Shown piece after piece: positions 37,753-49,483 of a DNA stretch of 64,000 bases. Numbering within the stretch: the first letter of the stretch is position 1; each line of letters begins with the position of its first letter. The stretch lies in assembly GCA_026026165.1 (NCBI GenBank), contig JAPEUD010000006.1, positions 248,001-312,000 of the forward strand, given 5' to 3'. The notes beneath the pieces are model-generated. The model did no database searches. It saw only the letters and a list, made by a program, of their open reading frames with translations, and was not told the origin of the DNA. Source of the DNA: Sarea resinae (taxonomy: Eukaryota). The position numbers were made by a program, and so were the translations under genes.

Positions 37753-38917
37753 CTAATGCCCCTGGATGTTCTTCGGCAGATACGGCTCCTCGAGATACTT
37801 AATCTCCTCCTCGCTCAGCTTGAACTTGACGCTCTCGACGGCGTCATCGATACGCTCCTTCGAGCTGAGGCCCACGATCGGATTGTCGCCCTTGGCAAGC
37901 GCCCAGCCAATGGCCACCGTCGCCATCTTGACGCCGTGCTTCTTCGCCACCTCCTCGACCCGGTCGACGATGGCCTTGTCCACGGCATTCTCCCGCTGTG
38001 CCAGCAGCAGCGCCAGGAACTTGTCCGTCTGCTCCCGCTTGGTGTCACGCTGGGACCAGGGCCGAGCGAGCGCGCCCCGGGCGATCGGCGACCACGGGAT
38101 CCGGCCCACGCCCGTGGCCTGGCAGTAGGGAATCATCTCGCGCTCTTCCTCGCGGTAGAGCAGGTTGTGGTAGTTCTGCATGCTGATGAACTGGTGCCAG
38201 CCGTTGGCCGCGGCGATGTTCTGGAGCTGCTGGAATTCCCAGGCGTACATGCTCGAGGCGCCGATGTAGCGCACCTTGCCGGACTCGACCACGTCGTTGA
38301 GCGCCTTCATGATCTCCTTTTTCGGCGTCGACCGGTCGAGCCGGTGGATCTGGAGCACGTCGATGTACGTGCCCAGCCGGCTGACGGAGCTGTCGACGGC
38401 GTCGAGGATGTGCTTGCGCGACAGGCCCACCAGGTTGGTGTTCTCACCGTCGTTGGTGGACGCCGCCACCATGTCGTGGCCGCCCGACGGGTCCACGCCG
38501 AAGTAGCATTTCGTCAGGATCGTGACTTTGGAGCGGGGGATGTTATATTTCTTGAGGGCTTTGCCGACGATTTCCTCGGACCGGCCGTTGGAGTACATGT
38601 CGGCCGTGTCCCAGGTTCGGAGGCCGACTGTTTCGGTCTTCAGTACTGCATCTGGACGGGATGCATTGGATCATCATTACCTTTGTAGGCGTGCTCGAAG
38701 AGAGGCAGAGCTTCGTCCTCGTTGAGCACCCATTTCTGCCACGTGTCGGAGCCGTAGGACATGCACCCTAAGATGATCTTGGAGATCTTGAGGCCGGATG
38801 AGCCGAGGCTGGGGATATCGCCGTCAGCTTCAATTGACACTTCTTGAACCGTATTGAATCCTTGACAGAGAGGAATCAAACGTACTTGGTGTATTCCATC
38901 TTGTTTTCCGTGGCCAT
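37753..38917 (-). CDS. Aldo-keto reductase (aryl-alcohol dehydrogenase-like), 3 exons
   Basis: MEYT|NLGSSGLKISKIILGCMSYG, TWDTADMYSNGRSEEIVG, LGTYIDVLQIHR, GKVRYIGASS, QNYHNLLYREEEREMIP. Introns near 38809-38885 and 38628-38680. Confidence 0.93.
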
Positions 38918-39959
38918 CTTGAAGGCTTGGTGCACGAGGTGGGCGTCTAAGTGAGGGGTGAACTGTATTGGATTGAATTGATGGAGTGGATGAAATAAAT
39001 GAGGGTGTTGCCTCTATCGAGAAGGGATGGGGGCTAGGAATTTATATGCGTGGCTGATAGCGTTAGCTTGCGAAAAGGAGGGGTTTCTATCTAATTGAGT
39101 GCAGCAAGAGCATCGCTCAGGACATCTTTCGTCATCAAAACCCAAGGATCGATTGGCGAGGATCGCATCTAGGCGACTCTCGCGGCCGCATGTCATGTGG
39201 GGACGCCTTCCACACCGCATCCCCAGAAGCTTCGAAACTCTTACCTCCGGGGTCGTACGCAGGACGCAATTGCTTTCTCCTTTTTCTGAATGGAGCGCAG
39301 AGTGACTCTAGGAGAATGCGGTCACATTTCCGCTGTAGAGATTGACCCACCGTGAATTAAAGAAGTGCTTGACTGTCAGCAGATCGGCGGCCTCGACGGC
39401 GTTAGGCGGACTTAAGCCGGACTGGCCGGGAGTGTGTAGATGAAGCTTTACGTTACCAGCCCGCCTGGATGCTTGCTGATAACAGAATGAGTCACCGTGC
39501 TCCCGTTTGGGAGTCCACTGTTCTGGTTTCGATGATGGTCGAGGATGCTCTTCGTATGCCCTTCTCTCCAGTAATGCACCACCATACGGTCCATCGAGGC
39601 AGCAAGATTGAAGTATGTGTTGCAGAGACAATGCAATGCAGAACAGCCCCTCTGCCTGAATCTATGGACCTATGGAATCGAGCTGCCCTGCATACATGAT
39701 ACAAAAAGGAGAGACCGAGACGACTACAAACGAAAAAGAGAAACCAGTGGTATAATCCATTCCCGTCCTCCCGCCTGATACCTCGCATATCATACCATGC
39801 CATTCCATACCATACCGTATCTTCCTGCTATCCACGTCAGCATCCCGTTCCTCGAGACCCTTCATGCCTCGTCCTGCAGATATCAAGGGTTCAGGTCAAA
39901 CCTCCTAGGCTTTGCCCGCATGTCTCCATCTGCTACCCACCCTAAGCATAATACGAGCC

Positions 39960-41195
39960 TCATCCAAGCCTGACAAACACTTCCTCCCCCTCGCCTTCGC
40001 CTTCTCCCTCCGCTTCTGCACCAATCTTCCCCCCCTTCCCTCCCAGAAGACCATGGCCCTCATCGTCATCATCATCGTCGATTAGCCCCCGCACTCTGGC
40101 CTCAGTGGTGCTAGGTCTCCTCTCCTTCTTGCTCTTACTGCCTTTCTCTTTCTTATTCCCGGCTCCCAACTTTCTCATTTGGCCGTTTCCACTCATACCC
40201 ATGAATGGATTGTCATTTGCGCCATCACCGCCGCCAGTACCGAATCCGATCGCCCCCTGGCCTTCCGCACCGGAGTCATCTTCATCGGTTGACCATTGAT
40301 CATCTTCTCCTTGCTCCCCCTTCTCCGTAGCTTGCACCAGTGCCTCCTCTTCAGACGAAGACGAGCTTGATGAGGACGTCGAGTCAGACTTCGACGGTCG
40401 GCTTGACCGGTGCCGCGTGAAGAGGTCCGAGAACATGGATGCGGAATTGGAAGGACGCGGTTGTGCTTCAGCTCCGGCGTTGGAGGAGCCGGTGTTGTTG
40501 GCATCAGTAGTAGAGCCAGAGGACGACAAAGGTCGCGACGTACGCCTATGATGGCGAGGACGTGGGTGATGGTGATGAGTAATATGAGGTTGGTGCGGTG
40601 GGTGGTGAGGAAGGTGTGCCTTACCCACACTGTCTCCCCCACTCTCACTGTTTTCACTAGAAGCAGCGTTCGCAAAGCCTGGCACGCCGGACTCGTTACT
40701 AGGCAACCGTCTCAGCCTGGGCATATCGCCAATGAGATCCAAGCCAGCAGTCTCGGAATCAGAGCCTAGGCCCATCTCGACGTCCTCGAGCCCTTCGACC
40801 TCATCTAGACCCTCGACCTGGCCGAAATCTAGCTCTTCAACCTCTGCACCCTCCCATCCGTCGTCTTCATCATCCTCATCGCCAGTGGTAGTGGCAGTGG
40901 CATTATTGCGACCTGCATCTCTTTCCCCCTTTCCGTGAGAGGAGTCGTTCTTGACTTCTAGGTTGCCGTGTCGCTGACGTTCAGCTTCCTCGCGCTCGCG
41001 ACGTGTACGCATAGCAAGACGAGCGGCTAGTTGACGGCGGGCGCGCGAAGGAGGAATATTGAGAGGTGCAGGTGCATTGGAGGAAGGGGGTGGCGGAGGA
41101 GGGGCGTTCGGTGGAGGGGTCTGGCTGTCGGAAGGGTTGTTGCTGTTGATGCTGAGAGGCGAGGATGATGAAAGGGAAGAGATATAACGTGCGAA
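39960..41195 (-). CDS. Putative alternative last exon of the SAPS gene (411 aa, acidic and low-complexity)
   Basis: Branch point GCTGAC (~41220) and acceptor TACAG|TTC at 41196/41195 are in phase with donor CAA|GTGGGT at 41737. The reading frame is open from FARYISS to EEVFVRLG* and has no convincing start of its own. Confidence 0.7.
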   Translation of the reverse strand, partial: FARYISSLSSSSPLSINSNNPSDSQTPPPNAPPPPPPSSNAPAPLNIPPSRARRQLAARLAMRTRREREEAERQRHGNLEVKNDSSHGKGERDAGRNNATATTTGDEDDEDDGWEGAEVEELDFGQVEGLDEVEGLEDVEMGLGSDSETAGLDLIGDMPRLRRLPSNESGVPGFANAASSENSESGGDSVGKAHLPHHPPHQPHITHHHHPRPRHHRRTSRPLSSSGSTTDANNTGSSNAGAEAQPRPSNSASMFSDLFTRHRSSRPSKSDSTSSSSSSSSEEEALVQATEKGEQGEDDQWSTDEDDSGAEGQGAIGFGTGGGDGANDNPFMGMSGNGQMRKLGAGNKKEKGSKSKKERRPSTTEARVRGLIDDDDDDEGHGLLGGKGGKIGAEAEGEGEGEGEEVFVRLG

Positions 41196-41692
41196 CTGTA
41201 ATGAGTGGAATACTATGTCAGCACCGGTCTTTGCATTCGCTCGACAGGGGAAGGTCCAACAAGAAGAGTAGAGCAGTGAAAACCAGAAGGAAAGACGAAG
41301 AAATGGGGGGCAAGAGATCATCATCTCGTCATGTTTTAGAACATGAGGGGCTAGAAAGTCAATACAAATTACATAAGAGAAGGGTGGGACGGAGCTTTGC
41401 GGTGCGGTGGCGGCGGTAGAGACTTGCAATGACATTAATATGGCTGTTGAAATACATGATCTTGAATCGAAAGGCCGCCCCGCCCATAAGATCTTTTCTT
41501 TTACTATGCAAGCTCTATCACCCGTCCCCCACACCATCGCCCCTGGAATGCCCCCCACCGTCCGTCAAAGTAAGTCTTAGAGAAAAAACGTATGTGCAGG
41601 AAGGTATGGACAAAGTAAAGCCATGGTGGTCGCATCGCAAAGAGTCGCCCCGCGTAGATGGAAAAGAGATCATGAGATGCAGAGAGGAAAAA

Positions 41693-44600
41693 TCACCGAT
41701 AACCCATTTCGACGTCTTCAAAGGAAAGTTCACCCACTTGGTCAGAAGAGTTGATGGCCGACAGATTGCGCGTGCCCTCGTCTTCCTCGGCTTCTTCCAT
41801 CTCTTCGTCCTCCTCGTCGCTCGAGCTGCCAAAGCCGCTGAGAAGGGACCCTCCACCGAGACTGAAGCCACCAGGAGCGCTACTAGCAAGATCCATGCTG
41901 TCAAGACCAGAGCTCCCGCCTCCATTTAGGCCGGCGTCGGCCAGGGCAGACGATGCGCCATTCCCAAATCCTTGGGCTGCATTGACTGCATTCATGACTG
42001 CTTGACGCGGGCCCACCGATAGGTCAGGACGGACGCCACCTAGGATTGCATTGTCTCTTTCTCGGGTCTCTGCGAGCGTCTGCTCGACGTAATTAATCCA
42101 TTCCTCACTGATGACCTTGTCGAGCACAGATTGAGACAACAGCTCAGCCGGATGGCGCTCAGTGAACTTGACGACCTCTTCTGCGATGAGAGTGAGATGA
42201 CCCATGTACCCCAATCGCAGATTCGTCTCTGCCTGTGCTTTATCGCTCCGCTCTTGTCCCTCAACGATCCGATGAATGATACGCCCCGTCTCGAAAAGAT
42301 CTATGGCAAGCTGTCGGTTGTAGCCACGGTCCATCGGACCATTGAAGACCTGCTGAACGACATCGTATACTACATTGTGAAGAAAATTGTTCCATGGGAA
42401 ACGGAAGAAGAAGTCCTAAAGACCAGTCAGCTATGGGAAGAGGCGTGAGATGGTGGACCTACCAGTATCGTGGGGACTACTCGGTGTTTGACAAACATTA
42501 TCTTCAAAAAGTCGCCTACTACCGGCGATCCATCGATGTCAGTCTCGATGAGCGGCTCGAAGCCAGTCTCGTCACCGCTCATCAAGATCGACCGTGAGCT
42601 GTCACCCTCCGCTCCATGAGAAGTCTCGGCCGTCTCACGACCGTCGCTTTGACTCTGTTCTTGACTAAAGTTCGGTGCGCTGCTCTCTGCCTCTTCTGAT
42701 TGGGTCGATTGTTCCCGATTTTCGAAAAGCGGTGCCGGCTTATCAGTGGGATGTGGTGATAATGTAGTTTCACTGCTCGATGTGCGGACTTCAGTATCCT
42801 CGCTCTGTGCAGTGCCTTGGACCGGAGCAGAAGTTTCGCTGCTTTCGCTGCTTTCCGCTGGAGCCTCTGCGGAACCAGGAGGGTCTAGCTCGCTCGTTTC
42901 ATCACCAGCCATGACTGTATCTTTCTCCAGCTCTAAACCGTCGACTCTGTCCGTTAGTCCAGCGGTTGTAGGCGAATTTGGTCCACGATCATCCAATTCT
43001 GGTACCGGTAGAAGAGAACTCTCGTCTCCGACATTATTCTTTTCATGCTTGGCCTCCAAGCCAGGTGACGATAGAGGCTCGTCGACGAAGTCATCTTCGG
43101 AGCCGCCAACGTCTGCAAAAGGATCCTTCTCAGATGGCTTGGATTCATCCTCGTCTGGCTTCTCATCAAAATCATCCTTGACTTCTTCGTTGAGAACCCC
43201 AGAGACGGTCACATCCTCGAATCCGTCTTCCTCCCCTCTATTTTGTACTTCGAGCTTCCTGCCCTCTGGAGATCTTGATTCCATTGCTGAGGGTGAGTAT
43301 CGGTCGTCCTCGATGGGAGTATGCGCTCTAGAATGGTTTCTATGAACAGAAAATTTACCCTCCGCCTTCAGGCGCTCTCGCTCCACGTCCCTTTCCTTGA
43401 CAAAGGCTTCACTTCCTCTCTCGTTGAGTAGACCCATGTTACTGCAATGGAGAAGCTCCGCCATTAGTTCGCATGTCTTGAATCTATCAAAGCCCAAGGG
43501 TTCGATGGCCTTTCCAAATGCTACTTTGAGCTCTTTCCGTCTGACAGTAGTCGTGCCATCTTCACCGGTCACTGTGTGATTGGGACTCAATATTAAGTCC
43601 ATAAAGTCGGGCACGTGTTTGGCGAATTCGCGAAGCAGAGTGCCGAGGTAGATGGGATCGTGGCTGGATGGTGTCGAGTCAGCTCCCGTCCCAACGTCTG
43701 GGTCATAATCAGAGTTGTTTTTCCGAATGACCTCGATGACAATGCCAACTCCGACAGTGAGCGGATTTCCGCCCTGGAGCATATCCGAGATTAGATTCCT
43801 GACACAAGGCTCGGAGACTAGTTGTCTCGTGAGGTCATTAGGACCTATGCACGATTGCTCATTCTGTGACGCATTGGCTGAGATAGTGATGACAGCTTTC
43901 AGGAAGTCTCCGGCCGAAGTCTGAGTGCTGGGAGTCTGGTCGGGGGAAAGGTAGGCTAGTAGTATAGGTATGAGGTCTTTAGATTGTAGCCACTAACCAA
44001 GGAGTGTCAGCATAAGGTGGCCTCGAACGTAGAACGTTGAGTAAAGCACATACATCGACAATTCCCTGGCCGTATTCTACCTTCTCTAAGCTGATGATCT
44101 TCAGCAAAAGGTCCATAACCATTGGGCAGTCGACGTGCTGCAACATGTCGGGCACAATGTTGTCCAAAGACTTGAAGAATTCCAGCATCTCCTCGGTCTT
44201 CTTGTCTAAGAGCGTCTCGTTAATCTTGGTGAAGTAGCTAGCTTGCAAAGGGTCGAGCGAAGGTTTCCGTTTCAAAAATGCCCAGAAATCTCGCAAGTGT
44301 TGCTGGTTTTCCATCAGAGCTTCGATTATCGACCAAGTCTCCGAGGACAAGACTTCACACGCCACATAGGCGTATTTCAATCTCAGCTTATCCTCCTTCT
44401 CTTTGTCTTCCTCGTTTTTGTCCGACTCCTTTGACTTTCTCTTCTCTCCAGCGTCGCCACCTTGCTCGGCTCCCTCGGAATTGATATCGCGGTCTTCGTC
44501 ATCGTCGTATGGGCTCGGCGCAGTGACGTATTCTAGAAGTCGTCGTAATATGTTTTCATCGCGGAGGTATTCTATCAGTTTCGAGTTATTCTGCTTTAGC

Positions 44601-44710
44601 TCCTGGATCAAGTCGGATTCATCGAGGAGCTCTTCAAGTGTGACATCGGGCTTATCAAGGATCGTATCTAGCGTCGATATATTGGCGTAACCGCCAAACC
44701 GCCAAAACAT
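41693..44710 (-). CDS. SIT4/PP6 phosphatase-associated protein (SAPS family, Sap155/185/190/Ekc1-like), short isoform
   Basis: MFWRFGGYANISTLDTILDK, LLDESDLIQELK, IGPNDLTRQL, EPLGFDRFKTCELMAELLHCSNM, FFRFPWNNFLHNVVYD, RLGYMGHLTLIAEEVVKF. Introns near 43995-44054 and 42417-42461. Confidence 0.93.
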
Positions 44711-46473
44711 GATGAGTGAAGGGCTGACCGCAAGTGATCAGCGTTGACGGCGATGTGTGAAGGGAACTCGTATCAAGGCGGATCGCTGGAACGATTCAGT
44801 TCTGCATGCGACCTGACGTGAAGAGTTTCGGTCGAGAAATGACTGCAAGGATCTGGAAGATGGTATCTGCTGCTGCGATAAGGCGAGGCTGCGCTCGACG
44901 TGTTCAAGGAATGAAGTAATCCTCTCAACGCCTCAGTCTGCCGCAAGACAATTGCTGTCAGCTTTATATCCATACTTTGTAGAGCCTTTCTGATCACAAG
45001 ATATGAGGACATGGGGGTTCATGAGGAGAGCTCGCCATAGAACGGCATCAGACAGAATGCAAGTATCCATGAGATCAACGGTTTCTTCGGGGGATATTGC
45101 TCACCTAGAGAGATCATGAACTCGAGCGCGGACGAGAGAAAGTGATGATCAAAGGTTGAATCGCAAATAGAATCGTGACAGGCGTGGTTGATTGGTCTCG
45201 TAAGGTGTTGTGGATGGCGGATGGAAACGGCGAGTGAGCTGGCGTCGGGAGCGGCAGCGAGTAATGAGTGAAAAAGGCCCAACAGAGGTACAGTTACAGC
45301 ACCAGTAATTGGACCCTTGATATCAGGCTGCACGGTATTGAGCTTGGAGATGGGAGCATGAGGAGGTTCGGTGTCGTCGGGGCTGGCTGGTCGGTCGAGA
45401 TAGATGGTGTTTCGGTCGATCGTAGTACCCCATGGATCTCCCTCGAGATTAAAGTGGATCGTCTTCTGTTTGGATGTCGGTGACTGTGTCTACTACGTAC
45501 AGTCAGGTTCGGTGTCGCTGTGATGCAAGCTGTGTGTCTGGCCGTGTGGAGTCGCACTACATATATCGAGTACGAAGTACCGTACACGGGACCACCACCT
45601 GCACTGGGCACCACCTACTACCCAAAGTAGACGGTACTTGTGCTAGGAATCACTGGCATTCTTTTCTACAAGCATCAGTTCCCTTCCAGGGCGTTTCCCA
45701 CACAGATCATCATGATCAGTGGCATCAGTGGCATCAGTCGATCTCGTCATTTTTCCGATGCTTGGGTAACTATATGGTGTTGTTCAGTGTGATCGATCGA
45801 GCATGCTCGGAATACTAGATAGGTAGTGCCCTGATGCGGCTGGTAGAGGTACGAATCGAGAACCGAACAGGACTCATCCAACAGTACCGGATCCTCTCCT
45901 GTCAATGACATTTGAACCTCCGCATGCGACAACCGAAAGAAGCCCGTGATAAAGGAGCAGATTATCGATGATAGCTCGGGTGCTTGCGCTCCTCAAGAAG
46001 AAGCAAGCTCGGAATCCCAAGGACCTACCTGTCTAGGTACCTTAGATAGTGAGGGCCAACTCCTGAAATGATCCTGTCTTCCGTAGCTCGAATGATACCT
46101 AAGTAGAACCGTCTTCCCCTTTCCTGTGGCCAAGGTGAATGGCATACTACGTAGTAGGTCGCTCGGCGAACTCGCGTGGCCCTTTAGACACACCCCCGTG
46201 CATGTCACGGGGTTCGCAGTCGAGCTCGCCAAACTGCGTTGGCCCATGCGCCCCGCCAGCCCGTAGTGACGAACGACCAAGCAACGTAACATCCAGCACC
46301 GACTACGAATCCAGGCACCTATCGCAATAATAAGCTACTTTATCATCGAGCTTCAAAATCCTACACTCACCATATGGGCTCCTAAGCTTATGCGACACCC
46401 CCATCAGATCTGAGATCTCCATCTCCCGTTTCCTAGACCACCTTGCCCACCCCCCACCCCCCCCACCGTGACC

Positions 46474-47190
46474 ATGAACCGCCTCTTCGGATCCAAATCC
46501 ACCGCCCCAAAACCCACCCTCAACGGCGCCATCTCCAATGTACTACCCCCCCACCCCCCAACCAAACCCTTCCACAGACCTCCACTGCTAACACAATATG
46601 CACAGGTGGACACGCGGATCGAGTCGATCGACGTCAAATTGGCCAAACTAAACGCAGAACTAACAACATACCAATCGCGACTCTCCAAACTACGGCCGGG
46701 GCCAGGCAAAAACGCCCTGAAATCCAAAGCGCTGAAAGTGCTCCAGCAGCGCAAATTGTACGAGTCGCAGCGCGAGCAGCTTCAGCAGCAGTCGTGGAAC
46801 ATGGAGCAAGCAGGCATGATGCAGGACAACCTGACCAACGTCATGACGACCGTCGACGCCATGAAGACGACCACCAAGAGCTTGAAGAAACAGTACGGCA
46901 AGATCAATATCGATAAGATCGAGAAGATGCAGGACGAGATGGCTGATCTGATGGATGTTGGGAACGAGATCCAGGAGAGCATTTCGCGGAGCTATGATGT
47001 GCCCGATGAGGTGGATGAGGACGAGTTGGATGCCGAGTTGGAGGCGCTGGGAGAGGAGGCCGAGTTTGAGGGATTGAATGCGGGTGGGGAGTCTGAGACG
47101 CCGGGCTTTTTGGTTGATGAAGTCAAGGCGCCTGAGTTTGTGGATGAGCCGCCTGAGATGGGCGGGAAGGTTCAGGAGGTGGCAAGGTGA
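46474..47190 (+). CDS. VPS60: ESCRT-III subunit Vps60/CHMP5 (Snf7 family), 2 exons
   Basis: MNRLFG, LQQQSWNMEQA, IDKIEKMQDEMADLM, SRSYDVPDEVDEDELDAELEAL. A 66-nt in-frame intron lies at 46540-46605 (GTACTA..GCTAAC..CAG). Confidence 0.95.
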   Translation: MNRLFGSKSTAPKPTLNGAISNVLPPHPPTKPFHRPPLLTQYAQVDTRIESIDVKLAKLNAELTTYQSRLSKLRPGPGKNALKSKALKVLQQRKLYESQREQLQQQSWNMEQAGMMQDNLTNVMTTVDAMKTTTKSLKKQYGKINIDKIEKMQDEMADLMDVGNEIQESISRSYDVPDEVDEDELDAELEALGEEAEFEGLNAGGESETPGFLVDEVKAPEFVDEPPEMGGKVQEVAR

Positions 47191-47644
47191 TATCTGACAG
47201 TGGGTGGATAGGGATGTTTTTAGGAGGGCGATAAGGCAGGCAGGAATGGGAGTTGGGGTAAATCATTTTGCTGCATGTCTCATCCATCATTGTGGTTTGC
47301 GGGGAAGCTCTGTATTTGCCGGGAGTTTGGGAGTGTCTTCACCTTGCGAATGATCATATCATTTCCAATCTTTCAAGAAGACAGCCACAGTCCTATTCGA
47401 TATGGCGTCCACCTTGCTTGAAAAGCCCGAAGATCGTGTATATGAAACTTGATTGAGGAGTATATTACAGACTGGCCGTCCTATGTATCTGTTGCCAGAA
47501 AAGAAGGGAAACTCAGAAAGAACCCAAGGCTAGTAAAATGGCAAGTTGGATGATAGCCAGCCAGTGCACCCAATCATATTTCCCATTGGTAAATCGAAGA
47601 ACCCCGCCCGCGCTTGTAAGGTCAAAAAGAACTCGAAATAAGAT

Positions 47645-48874
47645 TCAAAAATCTTCAATAGTAGTCCCAACGCCCATCTCCCTAGCCAACGCCACTACAT
47701 CACCACCGACGACCAGATCCATAAGCCCCATTCCAACACTCTTATATATGACATTGCCCTTAGCCAACCACTCCCTCAGCCCATCGCTCCCTGCTTCCCC
47801 ACCACGGCCATTACTTTCCAAACTAGATTCATCGACTGGCTCTACCTCCTTGAGCCCCATAGCCTGCTTCTTTAACATCATCAGCTCTCCTACTTCAACG
47901 AGCTGATGCGGCCCCAACCCCGCTTGGATGATCTCGCCTGCTTCCTTGAGACAGGCATCAAGGCTATCCACTATCACAACACCGCCCTGTGTCGCGTGTT
48001 TGTGATGGTGGCGCGTATGCGGGGGCGCGGTGGCCTGACGCAATATGTCCGGATGCAGTTCGCACATGTGGGGTTTGTAGGAGCCTATGGCGACGAGAAG
48101 GCGACCTTTTCGCCGCCCTTCGTGCGAAGTAAGGCATTCTGGCGGAAAAAGTGCTGTCGTGGCCGGTGTACAGGTGAAGATCACGTCTGCCTTACGAACG
48201 TCCTCTTTGAGCACTCGAGCGTATTCGCCGTAATCCGCAGTCAAAACCGTGAATTTGGTGGCTCCGCGAAAGGAATCAGCGTCCTCCGAGTAGAAAGATT
48301 GGAGAAGGCGTTGGGCAGGGGCGAAAGAGCGGTTGATGATATTGACGCGTTTGATTTCAGGACCGCGGAGGAGGAGAGCCAAACGAATGTGCCAATAGGC
48401 TTGTTTGCCGGCGCCAAAGACGGTTATGTTTGAGACGTGGGTGCGACGTGTGAAGAGCAAGGTCCCCGCTAGGGCGGTGCGGAACGCGGTCAATTCCTCG
48501 GCATTGAGGAGACCGGTAGGGCTACCGGTTGCATCGAGGAGAGTGAGAGAGCCGCGCGGCGTAGTGGTGGCGCTGGTGACTGCTGCGGTCGAAGGCGAGA
48601 TGGAGGTGGAGGTGGAGCTCCCAGACAGAGTTACGATTTTCATGCCTATTGAAGTGCTAGTACTAGCAGGCATAAAGAGCGTAGTTGAGCCATTCATGGG
48701 CGAGATCGAGGTTCGCGGCGGCTGATACATGGAGCAGCAGCCATCATCTTGATTGCCAGTTGAGTAAGCGTGCAGAGCATCGGCAAGGGACCTCTGGAGC
48801 TGGACAACGTCATCACGCTGGAGCGAGTTGAGAACAGACCGGACCTCGGAGTCAGTGAGGATGGTAAGAGGCAT
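47645..48874 (-). CDS. Ornithine cyclodeaminase/mu-crystallin family protein (PrnX-like)
   Basis: Single exon. TTLFMPA..GMKIV, LNAEELTAFRTALA, VFGAGKQAYWH, AIGSYKPHM, VDSLDACLKEAGE, YKSVGMGLMDL. Confidence 0.88.
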   Translation of the reverse strand: MPLTILTDSEVRSVLNSLQRDDVVQLQRSLADALHAYSTGNQDDGCCSMYQPPRTSISPMNGSTTLFMPASTSTSIGMKIVTLSGSSTSTSISPSTAAVTSATTTPRGSLTLLDATGSPTGLLNAEELTAFRTALAGTLLFTRRTHVSNITVFGAGKQAYWHIRLALLLRGPEIKRVNIINRSFAPAQRLLQSFYSEDADSFRGATKFTVLTADYGEYARVLKEDVRKADVIFTCTPATTALFPPECLTSHEGRRKGRLLVAIGSYKPHMCELHPDILRQATAPPHTRHHHKHATQGGVVIVDSLDACLKEAGEIIQAGLGPHQLVEVGELMMLKKQAMGLKEVEPVDESSLESNGRGGEAGSDGLREWLAKGNVIYKSVGMGLMDLVVGGDVVALAREMGVGTTIEDF

Positions 48875-49483
48875 GACGTATTATCGTTTTGATCATCTAT
48901 GTCTTGGAGGGACTTTGTATTGCGATGTTCATTTTTGAGGGTGAACAAACAGACAGTGAAACGTCCATCAATCAATTAAAGGAAAGGGATTGGCTTTGAC
49001 TTTGAGCAGTGGGTAGAGAGACATGAGAAATCATGTCAGTTGCCCATGGTGGAGACGAAGCTCAGCACGGGTCGTTGCCAAGAGCATTGGGGTGCGTCAG
49101 ATCACGGACACGAGACGATGTGGAGGGGAAAGAGTGAGTAATTCCCTTGGCGGGGCGGAGAAGAAGAGTGGAACGCGAGGGGAGATCTGGAGGGGCCGAT
49201 GATCGGATAAGATAAGATCGTCTTCGCTGATGGTGATGAAAATCCTTTTGATACCCAACCTCACTTATGTGCATACTAGGTACGGACTCATCAAGCGTTA
49301 CAAACATCATCAACAGTGACTCGTGCCATCAGACGAATTGGATATTCATTCGAAATGTGCACGCCAGAAAGAACCTCTCTCATCACTATTACAAGCCAGT
49401 CTCGGAGCCAGACCAGGCAGACAACAGGCAGCCAGAGTGAAGAACGCCAAAGGTCAATTCATTTAGTGAAATCATCAACCTAT

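Noticed and set aside
37624..38688. 354-aa plus-strand ORF antisense to the AKR
   Set aside because: Typical antisense frame of a GC3-rich gene.
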